Assembly: GCA_963676795.2 (NCBI GenBank)
Contig: CAXXTB010000002.1
Location: 1,184,001 to 1,248,000, forward strand
Length of the DNA stretch: 64,000 nucleotides
Source: Geopsychrobacteraceae bacterium
Lineage (GTDB): Bacteria > Desulfobacterota > Desulfuromonadia > Desulfuromonadales > Geopsychrobacteraceae
Direction: 5' to 3'
The first letter of the stretch is position 1, and every line of letters starts with the position of its first letter. Of this stretch, positions 19,073 through 26,838 are shown piece by piece. The notes beneath the pieces are model-generated. The model ran no database searches. It saw only the letters and a program-made list of their open reading frames with translations, and was not told where the DNA came from. Both the position numbers and the translations under genes were made by a program.

Positions 19073-21220
19073 ATGATGACAATCAATTCGATTCACGATG
19101 AGATAGGTTCTCAACTCTCTTCTCATGATAGCGACCTGCTGCGCAGGGCGGAAGATCTCTGTACCGAGTATCTTTCCGGCTCTGCAGATGCGGGCAGGCA
19201 GCGTATATCTCACGCACTTGAGGTTGCGTCGATTCTGGCGCGCCTGAAAGTCGATACCTCCACAATCATCGTCGGACTCTTGCACGAAGCGATAGAGTTC
19301 GGTATGCCCGCTGAGCTGATCTCTGCAGAGTTCGGTGCTGATGTGCTGCATCTGATCGAAACGGGGAACAAGATCCGCAGTATTCCCTATCGTCAGAACA
19401 ATCGTCAGCAGGTCGAGAGCTTCCGCAAGATGTTTGTCGCCATGGCCCGTGATCTGCGGGTTATTCTGGTCCATCTGGCTGATCGTTTAAGCGAAATGCG
19501 GGCTATTGCAACGCTTGAGGAAGAGAAGAGGGGCCCATATTCCAGGGAAACCCTCGAGATCTATGCCCCTTTGGCCAATCGTCTCGGTTTGAGCTGGCTA
19601 AAGAGCGAGCTGGAAGACCTCTCCCTGGAAGTCCTGGAGCCGGAGAAGTACGCGGAGCTCGCCGGACGCATCACAGCCAGGCGCGAAGAGCGCAGCGAGT
19701 ATGTCGGTAAGGTCATTCAGCAGATTCGGGAGCTTTTGAATGAAAATCAGCTTCAGGGGGATGTGACCGGCCGTTACAAGCACTTCTACTCGGTCTTTCG
19801 CAAGATGAAGCGCACCGGCTCGGGGCTGGATGAGATTTATGACCTGATGGCGTTTCGGGTTCTGGTCGATTCGGTGCGTGAGTGCTACGAGGTGCTTGGT
19901 CTGGTGCACGCCAGGTGGAAGCCGATCCCGGGACGTTTCAAGGACTACATCGCCATGCCCAAGGCGAATATGTACCAGTCGCTGCACACGACCGTCATAG
20001 GCCCCTTTGGCGAGCCGATAGAGGTCCAGATCCGGACCTTTGAGATGCACAGGATCGCTGAAGAGGGGGTTGCTGCTCACTGGAAATACAAAGAGGGTGG
20101 ACCGGTGATGGTCAGCGGCAGAGATGATCAGCGCTTTAACTGGCTGCGCCAGGTCATGGAGTGGCAGCAGGACGTCAGTTCCGGCGGCAACGACAGGTCC
20201 TCGACCATCGACCTGTTTCCCGAAGAGGTCTACGTCTTCACCCCTGGTGGCGACGTCAAGGAACTGCCGAGCGGATCGTCGCCCGTCGATTTTGCTTACG
20301 CGATCCATACCGAGTTGGGGCGGCAGTGCGTCGGTGCACGCATCAACGGTAAGCTCTGTCCACTGCGGACGGAATTGAAGAATGGTGATATCGTCGAGGT
20401 TCTGACCTCGGCCTCACAGAAGCCGAGCAAGGACTGGCTGTCGTTTGTTAAAACCTCCAAGGCACGGAACAAGATCCGCCAGCTGATCAAGGCCGAACAG
20501 CGCGAGAAGAGTATCGAGATCGGCCGGGAGCTGGTCGAAAAAGAGCTGCGCAAGCATCAGTACAGTCTGAAGCGGGCCATGGCCCTGGCTTCGTTTGATC
20601 AGGCCGTTTCCGAGCTGGGGTTCGTCCAGGGAGATGACCTTTTCGCGGCGGTCGGTTACGGCAAGCTTTCGGCCGGGCAGATCGTTTCCCATGTCCTTCC
20701 CCGCGAAGAGATGAAGGTGCAGGCGGCTAAGACCGGTACCTTTGGTAAGGTTCTGGAGAAGTTTGGACGCAAGAAGAATCAGAGTGCCATCCTGATCGGC
20801 GGCATCGACAATGTCATGGTCCGTTTTGCCAATTGCTGCAATCCGCTGCCTGGTGAGCCGGTCACCGGTTTTATTACGCGTGGGCGAGGCCTGACGGTGC
20901 ATGCGGTAAACTGTCCCCAGGTGTTGGCCAGTGATCCTGACCGGCGTGTCGATGTCTCCTGGGATATGCAGAAAAAGACTTCACGTCCGGTCAAGATTCA
21001 GGTGGTCTGCGCGGATCAGAAGGGGATGCTGGTTGGTATTTCGGGGGCGATCAGTAACGCCGATGCCAATATCGCCAGTGCCACGGTCCATTCGAGCGGT
21101 GACAAGAAGGGGACGAACCTGTTTGAGGTGGATGTCGAGAACCTCGAACATCTCAACCGGGTTATTCGGGAGATTAAAAAAGTCAAAGGGGTCATCCGGG
21201 TTGACCGGGTGCGGAATTAG
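19073..21220 (+). CDS. rel: Long RelA/SpoT homologue, (p)ppGpp synthetase with a degenerate hydrolase domain
   Basis: Synthetase motifs GRYKH, DLMAFR, RFKDYIAMPK, YQSLHT, EVQIRT and AAHWKYK; TGS, ZFD (CCNPLPGE) and ACT domains; HD motif reads HE. Confidence 0.95.
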   Translation: MMTINSIHDEIGSQLSSHDSDLLRRAEDLCTEYLSGSADAGRQRISHALEVASILARLKVDTSTIIVGLLHEAIEFGMPAELISAEFGADVLHLIETGNKIRSIPYRQNNRQQVESFRKMFVAMARDLRVILVHLADRLSEMRAIATLEEEKRGPYSRETLEIYAPLANRLGLSWLKSELEDLSLEVLEPEKYAELAGRITARREERSEYVGKVIQQIRELLNENQLQGDVTGRYKHFYSVFRKMKRTGSGLDEIYDLMAFRVLVDSVRECYEVLGLVHARWKPIPGRFKDYIAMPKANMYQSLHTTVIGPFGEPIEVQIRTFEMHRIAEEGVAAHWKYKEGGPVMVSGRDDQRFNWLRQVMEWQQDVSSGGNDRSSTIDLFPEEVYVFTPGGDVKELPSGSSPVDFAYAIHTELGRQCVGARINGKLCPLRTELKNGDIVEVLTSASQKPSKDWLSFVKTSKARNKIRQLIKAEQREKSIEIGRELVEKELRKHQYSLKRAMALASFDQAVSELGFVQGDDLFAAVGYGKLSAGQIVSHVLPREEMKVQAAKTGTFGKVLEKFGRKKNQSAILIGGIDNVMVRFANCCNPLPGEPVTGFITRGRGLTVHAVNCPQVLASDPDRRVDVSWDMQKKTSRPVKIQVVCADQKGMLVGISGAISNADANIASATVHSSGDKKGTNLFEVDVENLEHLNRVIREIKKVKGVIRVDRVRN

Positions 21221-21363
21221 TTTCCATCCGAAAACGGCCCTTTTTCGCCGTGGCGGCGTCAATCTGCGGGCTCGCTTGTGCGGCGTAAAGGACTACGCCT
21301 CCGCGCGACCCCTTGATTTCCTTGCCACAGCGAAAAATTACTCGTTTTCGATCTGAAAACCTA
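21218..21363. mobile_element. Putative palindromic miniature element (MITE/ERIC-like)
   Basis: Nested inverted repeats form one long imperfect hairpin, with TA at both ends. Confidence 0.55.
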
Positions 21364-21417
21364 CAAACTTCTCTCTGGAGTTTTCGCGTGGCAGCTAATG
21401 GAGTGAAAGGATGAACT

Positions 21418-21801
21418 ATGGCAATCTATGAAATAGCAACAGAAGCGGCGCCAGCTGCGATTGGCCCGTATTCCCAGGCGGTAAGGGCAGGAGAATATCT
21501 GTTCTGCTCCGGGCAGATTCCGCTCGATCCAGAAACCGGAGAGTTGGTGGCCGGGGGGATCAGTGAGCAGACCAGGCAGGTTCTGGAGAATCTTCAGGTG
21601 GTTCTTGCGGCTGCGGGTAAAGATTTTTCAGCGGTTGCCAAGACAACGATTTTTCTCGCCGACCTCGCTCATTTCAGCGTGGTCAATGCCATCTATGCCG
21701 AGTATTTCAGAAAACCGGCTCCGGCACGCGCGACGGTTCAGGTGGCGGCGCTGCCCAAGGAGGCGTTGGTTGAGATAGAGATGATTGCATATCTTGGTTA
21801 G
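21418..21801 (+). CDS. ridA: RidA family enamine/imine deaminase
   Basis: APAAIGPYSQA, SGQIPLDP, PARATVQVAALPK and VEIE. Confidence 0.95.
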   Translation: MAIYEIATEAAPAAIGPYSQAVRAGEYLFCSGQIPLDPETGELVAGGISEQTRQVLENLQVVLAAAGKDFSAVAKTTIFLADLAHFSVVNAIYAEYFRKPAPARATVQVAALPKEALVEIEMIAYLG

Positions 21802-21828
21802 ATATCTGAGATGCGGTATGCAGGAACG

Positions 21829-21866
21829 ACAAAAAGGGATGGCCACTAACGGTCATCCCTTTTTGT
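21829..21866. terminator. Bidirectional terminator between convergent ridA and rpmB
   Basis: ACAAAAAGGGATGGCC / GGTCATCCCTTTTTGT, with A- and T-tracts on the two sides. Confidence 0.88.
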
Positions 21867-21890
21867 TAAATTCTTGCTGTCTGCTGTGGC

Positions 21891-22082
21891 TCAGACGACT
21901 TTGTCGACCTTGTTGGCGCGAATGCAGCGGGTGCAAACCTTCATGGTCTTGATAGATCCGTTGTGGCGTGCACGAACTTTCTGCAGGTTCGGGCTCCAGA
22001 TGGTTCTGGTCTTATTATGAGCGTGGCTGACATTGTTGCCGGACACAGGTTTTTTTCCACAGATTTCACATTGCTTGGACAT
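21891..22082 (-). CDS. rpmB: 50S ribosomal protein L28
   Basis: [31 protein letters not shown]. Confidence 0.97.
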   Translation of the reverse strand: MSKQCEICGKKPVSGNNVSHAHNKTRTIWSPNLQKVRARHNGSIKTMKVCTRCIRANKVDKVV

Positions 22083-22114
22083 TGCTCATTCCTCCTGTAA
22101 GTTTCGAACGCGCA

Positions 22115-22143
22115 TTACTAGCACATTTGACGTGTTGATGCAA
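22115..22143 (-). promoter_or_regulatory. Putative sigma70 promoter of rpmB
   Basis: TTGCAT-N17-TAGTAA with an extended TG on the minus strand. Confidence 0.45.
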
Positions 22144-22169
22144 ACATTTTGCGGATTGATCTGAAATAA

Positions 22170-22637
22170 TTACATAATGTCGTTTAATTGATCGTCGCCG
22201 ATGAGGGTCAGTCCTTCGCGCTCAAGCAGGGCGGCAGTGACGCCCATTCCATCGGTCAGTTGCTGGTTCAGGTAGATGCTGAGGGTCCCGCAAGACGGGC
22301 TGCGCTGTTGCAGGATTGCATGCCTGCAGCCGGTCAGTCGGGCGATTTTCAGTGCTTCTCCGGCCCCATGAACGAAGGCTGTGCCGACATTTTTGCCTTC
22401 TTCGCTGATCAGTTCTCCCTGCCCCTTGATGAGGGCTTTCCCGTCGCCGCAGGAAAACCAGCATTTAGGCCGCGGAGTCGTGAAGCCGGCCAGTTGCTCG
22501 GGGCAGACGGGGATTGGAATCAGGTTGTTGTCGTTGATAAAGTCGATAACCGTCTGCGAGTAATTGTCTGTGGCGTCGTAGCGGGCTTTGAGGCCAAGCA
22601 GACAGCAGCTGACGAGTACCGGACAGTCCTTCAGCAT
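22170..22637 (-). CDS. DUF523 family protein (2-thiouracil desulfurase TudS-like)
   Basis: VSCCLLG..RYD, PVCPEQLAG..PR, SPSCG and GMGVTAALL. Confidence 0.88.
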   Translation of the reverse strand: MLKDCPVLVSCCLLGLKARYDATDNYSQTVIDFINDNNLIPIPVCPEQLAGFTTPRPKCWFSCGDGKALIKGQGELISEEGKNVGTAFVHGAGEALKIARLTGCRHAILQQRSPSCGTLSIYLNQQLTDGMGVTAALLEREGLTLIGDDQLNDIM

Positions 22638-23305
22638 GATGGCACCTGTTGTGCTGGCGGATTTGTCAAGGCTGCCGTGTCTGCGGGCGCATCCAGGATG
22701 ATGACTCTGCGGCCTTCAAGTTTTACCCTGTTCTCAGCAAACCACTGGATGGACTGGGAGTAGATAATGTGCTCCTGGACCAGGATCCGGGTTGCCAGGG
22801 ATTCTTCATTGTCATCCTGTAGAACGGGGACGGCGGCCTGGCAGATGATCGGACCGCTGTCGACGCCTCCGTCGACAAAATGAACCGTACAGCCGGAGAA
22901 GCGGGCTCCGTATTCGAGTGCTTTGCGGTGAACATGGAGGCCGGGAAAAGCCGGAAGCAGCGACGGGTGGATATTGATAATTTTCTGCGGAAAGGCTTTC
23001 AGAAACGTATCGGAAATGATGCGCATGAAGCCGGCCAGCACGACAAGCTCAGTGCCGGCCTCTTGTAGTGCCGCAACCACAGTCCGGTCAAACTCCTGGC
23101 GCTCGGAAAACTTGCGATGATCGATGCAGAGCGCAGGAATTCCGTGCGCTTCTGCCCTGGTCAGGGCGCCTGCTCCCGGATTGTTGCAGAGGACCAGGCC
23201 GATTTCGGCGTGAAGTCGGCCGGTTTCGCAGTTGTCGATGATCGATTGCAGGTTTGTGCCGCCACCGGAGGCCAGAACAGCAATGCGTAGTTTCTTCATG
23301 CTCAT
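22631..23305 (-). CDS. purN: Phosphoribosylglycinamide formyltransferase
   Basis: ASGGGTNLQ, LAGFMRI, NIHPSLLPAF and GCTVHFVD..DSGPII. Confidence 0.97.
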   Translation of the reverse strand: MSMKKLRIAVLASGGGTNLQSIIDNCETGRLHAEIGLVLCNNPGAGALTRAEAHGIPALCIDHRKFSERQEFDRTVVAALQEAGTELVVLAGFMRIISDTFLKAFPQKIINIHPSLLPAFPGLHVHRKALEYGARFSGCTVHFVDGGVDSGPIICQAAVPVLQDDNEESLATRILVQEHIIYSQSIQWFAENRVKLEGRRVIILDAPADTAALTNPPAQQVPSC

Positions 23306-23312
23306 CCCGAGG

Positions 23313-24356
23313 TTAGATCAGTTCGACCATTGGTGAGTCGGAATGGCTGATTTCACCGATGACGTAGGCTTTTTCGCCGAGGCCGTGCAGGCGGTTGATG
23401 ATGTCTTCGGTGCTTGCGGCCGGGACAACCAGGATCAGGCCGATGCCGTAGTTGAAGGTCCGGTACATTTCCTCCTCGGGAATATTGCCCCCCTGTCTGA
23501 TCAGGTCGAAGATCGCGTGTTTTGGCCAGCTGTTACGTTCGATAACGGCCTTGCACTGCTTGGGCAGGACGCGGGGAATGTTTTCCAGGACGCCGCCACC
23601 GGTAATGTGGGCGATCCCCTTGATGTTGAAATCACGCATCAGGTTGAGCACGCTTTTGACATAGATTCTGGTCGGAGTAAGCAACTCCTCGCCGAGCGGT
23701 TTGTCGAGCCCATCCGGAATGGCGGAGAGATCGAGGTTCAGGGTTTCGAGCAGAATCTTCCGGGCCAGCGAATAGCCGTTTGAATGCAGGCCGTTCGAGG
23801 CGATACCGATGATCTTGTCGCCGTTGGTAATTGTCGAGCCGTCGATCAGTCGGTCGTCATCCACAACGCCGACCGCAAACCCGGCCAGATCATACTCGCC
23901 ATCGGAGTACATGCCCGGCATTTCGGCGGTCTCGCCGCCCAGCAGGGCGCAGCCGGCCTGTTTGCAGCCGTCGGTGATGCCTTTGACGACATCGACGGCT
24001 TTCTCCGGGCTGAGCTTACCGGTGGCAAAGTAGTCGAGAAAGAACAGGGGTTCAGCGCCCTGGACGATGATGTCGTTGACGCACATGGCAACCAGGTCGA
24101 TGCCGACGGTATCATGTTTGTCGAGCATGAAGGCGAGCTTCAGCTTGGTGCCGACACCGTCGGTCGCGGAGACCAGGGTCGGTTTCTTGTATTTACTGCT
24201 GTTCAGGGAAAACAGCCCCCCGAATCCACCGATGTCGGTCAGGACCTCCGGTCTGGATGTCTGTTTGACCAGCGGTTTGATCATGTCAACGAAGCGATTG
24301 CCTGCGTCGATATCAACACCCGCATCTTTGTATGTGATTGGTTTGTCGTTGCTCAA
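23313..24356 (-). CDS. purM: Phosphoribosylformylglycinamidine cyclo-ligase
   Basis: [32 protein letters not shown] and HITGGG. TTG 24356 follows an AGGAG RBS. Confidence 0.97.
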   Translation of the reverse strand: MSNDKPITYKDAGVDIDAGNRFVDMIKPLVKQTSRPEVLTDIGGFGGLFSLNSSKYKKPTLVSATDGVGTKLKLAFMLDKHDTVGIDLVAMCVNDIIVQGAEPLFFLDYFATGKLSPEKAVDVVKGITDGCKQAGCALLGGETAEMPGMYSDGEYDLAGFAVGVVDDDRLIDGSTITNGDKIIGIASNGLHSNGYSLARKILLETLNLDLSAIPDGLDKPLGEELLTPTRIYVKSVLNLMRDFNIKGIAHITGGGVLENIPRVLPKQCKAVIERNSWPKHAIFDLIRQGGNIPEEEMYRTFNYGIGLILVVPAASTEDIINRLHGLGEKAYVIGEISHSDSPMVELI

Positions 24357-24388
24357 AGTCGATCTCCTTGCCACTGAAAATGGACGGC

Positions 24389-24417
24389 ATTAGACCATCG
24401 CACAGAATCTATGTCAA
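24389..24417 (-). promoter_or_regulatory. Putative sigma70 promoter of the purM-purN-DUF523 operon
   Basis: TTGACA-N17-TCTAAT with an extended TG on the minus strand. Confidence 0.6.
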
Positions 24418-24551
24418 TTAGGTAAAATGAATTAATCGGGGAAAGTTATCTTTATCTATATCAAGCCGGTAAATTGTGTTATTTTCGGCGAACATTTCCG
24501 TGGCAAAGGTTCTGTTATTCTAGCACGAAATTTATAGAAGTTCTCAAAAAC

Positions 24552-25037
24552 ATGGTTAAAAAGTACGCCAGCATAAGAGCGGCAACCGCGCAGGATGTCC
24601 CGGCCATTGCAGCGATCGAGCAGATGTCCTATTCTCATCCCTGGTCCGCAGCGCAATTTTACAACGAGCTCGAAAATCAGGTGTCCTTCACCGATCTCTG
24701 TAGCGTCGATAATGAGGTTGCCGGATACCTCTGTGCCTGGATGGTTGTCGGTGAACTGGAGATTCTCAGGATTACCGTACGTAATGATTATAGACGCCTC
24801 GGCCTTGCTACCCAGCTTCTGGAGAATGCTTTCGTGCGTTTTGCCGGGCCGCAACTGCAGAGTGCCTGGCTGGAAGTGCGTGAAGACAATTATGCTGCTA
24901 TCGCTCTTTATGAGCAGCTTGGATTCACAGTCCAAGGGCGTCGCGAAAGCTACTATCCTGACGGTGAGGCAGCTCTGCTGATGGTCAGGCAATTTATGGA
25001 ATGTTACGATTTGGGAGTAGTGCATGAAAAATCTTAA
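24552..25037 (+). CDS. rimI: Ribosomal protein S18-alanine N-acetyltransferase (GNAT)
   Basis: HPWS, YRRLGLA, WLEVREDN..AIALY..LGF and RESYY.DGEAA. Confidence 0.88.
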   Translation: MVKKYASIRAATAQDVPAIAAIEQMSYSHPWSAAQFYNELENQVSFTDLCSVDNEVAGYLCAWMVVGELEILRITVRNDYRRLGLATQLLENAFVRFAGPQLQSAWLEVREDNYAAIALYEQLGFTVQGRRESYYPDGEAALLMVRQFMECYDLGVVHEKS

Positions 25038-25881
25038 AACCGTTGTTCTGTCGAACCAGGAGATCTCGCCGGGTTATTTCCGGATGCGGATCCTGGCTCC
25101 GGACTATACGAAGATATCCAAGCCGGGTCAGTTTGTCATGTTCCGGGTTCAGCGTTCTATGCCACCGCTGTTGCGGCGCCCTTTCGGCATTTTCCGTACC
25201 GGCTTCATGCCGGCCGACTGCGAGACTATGCCGCCGAAGGAGTTCGTTGAGATTATTTACAAGGTCGTCGGTAGCGGTACGGAAATTATGCAGGGTTTGC
25301 AGCAGGGAGCGCAGGTCGAACTGCTCGGTCCACTGGGGCGCGGCTTTGAGGCTGGAGATCCAGCTGAGGAGAAGATCCTTGTCGGTGGCGGGATCGGGCT
25401 GGTACCGCTCTATATGCTGGCCGAGTCGCTGGTGGAAAAATCACAGGTCAGGTTGCTGATGGGCGGACGGACCCGTGACGACATTATCACCGTCACCGAA
25501 TTCGAGCGGCTCGGTGTTGAGACCTACGTGTCGACCGAAGACGGTAGTCTGGGAGAGCAGGGGCTGGTTACCAAGGTGCTTGAAACCCGTCTGGCCCAAA
25601 AGCCGAAGGCGACGATCTTTGCCTGCGGCCCGATGCCGATGCTGGAAGCGGTTCATCATATCTGCCAGGCCCACAAGATTCCGTTGCAGGTCTCCCTGGA
25701 GGCGTTGATGGCCTGTGGTGTCGGCGCCTGTCTCGGCTGTGTCGTCAAGGGCGCGGGACATACCGAAGAAAATCCAAGTTATCTCTGTACCTGTAAGACA
25801 GGCCCGGTTTTCAAATCCCATCTGATCGATTGGGGTAAAGCTGTTGCCAAGGAAAAAACTGAAACCGGAGGCTGTAAATGA
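25024..25881 (+). CDS. pyrK: Dihydroorotate dehydrogenase B electron transfer subunit
   Basis: PGQFVM, LRRPF, GGGIG, ACGP..M and MACGVGACLGC..C..GPVF. Confidence 0.94.
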   Translation: MKNLKTVVLSNQEISPGYFRMRILAPDYTKISKPGQFVMFRVQRSMPPLLRRPFGIFRTGFMPADCETMPPKEFVEIIYKVVGSGTEIMQGLQQGAQVELLGPLGRGFEAGDPAEEKILVGGGIGLVPLYMLAESLVEKSQVRLLMGGRTRDDIITVTEFERLGVETYVSTEDGSLGEQGLVTKVLETRLAQKPKATIFACGPMPMLEAVHHICQAHKIPLQVSLEALMACGVGACLGCVVKGAGHTEENPSYLCTCKTGPVFKSHLIDWGKAVAKEKTETGGCK

Positions 25882-26816
25882 TCAAGCGCAGAGAGAAAGT
25901 AGCCCGTCCCGACCTGTCTGTTGAGGTTTGCGGGATCAAGATGAAGAATCCGGTCATGCCGGCTTCGGGGACCTTCGGCTATGGCGAGGAGTATGCCCCC
26001 TATCTCGACCTGAACAATCTCGGGGCTATTGTCACCAAGGGACTGTCGCTCAATCCGAAGGCGGGGAATCCGACACCGCGGATCTGTGAAACGGTCAGCG
26101 GTATGCTCAATGCCATCGGTCTGCAGAATGTCGGTATCGATGTTTTTCTCAAGCACAAGATGCCATTTCTGGAGTCGTTTAATGCTCCGGTCATCGTTAA
26201 TTTTTTCGGCAATACCCTTGAGGAGTATGCTGAAGTTGCTGCCCGCCTGGATGCTATTCCGGGGGTTGCAGGTCTGGAGATGAATATCTCCTGTCCGAAC
26301 GTCAAGCATGGCGGCATCGTCTTCGGCACCGACCCGCAATCGGCGACCGATGTCATCAGTGCGGTGCGCAAGCGGACCAAAAAGCCGGTCATTGTCAAGC
26401 TGACCCCCAACGTGACCGATATCCGGGTCATGGCCAAGGCGGCTGAGGACGCCGGTGCCGATGCCCTGAGCCTGATCAATACGATTACCGGTATGTCCGT
26501 GGATATCAGAAAGCGTAAGCCGAGACTGGCCAATACCATCGGTGGCCTGTCGGGGCCGGCCATCCGCCCGATTGCTGTGCGCCTGACCCATCAGGTTGTG
26601 CAGGCGGTCAAGATTCCGGTTATCGGTATCGGTGGCATCGCCTGTGCGGAAGATGCTCTGGAATTTCTGATTGTCGGAGCCACGGCCGTGCAGGTTGGTA
26701 CCGCCAATTTCGTCGATCCGACAGCGATGGAGAAAATTGTTTCCGGCCTGGAGGATTTCTGTATTGAACAGGGGATTGCCGATATCAAGGAACTGATCGG
26801 GACTCTGGAGGTCTGA
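25878..26816 (+). CDS. pyrD: Dihydroorotate dehydrogenase B catalytic subunit
   Basis: NPVMPASGTFG, NAIGLQN, NISCPNV, KLTPNV and GGLSGPAI. Confidence 0.96.
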   Translation: MIKRREKVARPDLSVEVCGIKMKNPVMPASGTFGYGEEYAPYLDLNNLGAIVTKGLSLNPKAGNPTPRICETVSGMLNAIGLQNVGIDVFLKHKMPFLESFNAPVIVNFFGNTLEEYAEVAARLDAIPGVAGLEMNISCPNVKHGGIVFGTDPQSATDVISAVRKRTKKPVIVKLTPNVTDIRVMAKAAEDAGADALSLINTITGMSVDIRKRKPRLANTIGGLSGPAIRPIAVRLTHQVVQAVKIPVIGIGGIACAEDALEFLIVGATAVQVGTANFVDPTAMEKIVSGLEDFCIEQGIADIKELIGTLEV

Positions 26817-26838
26817 TCTGGGAGTCGTTGAGGGATCG

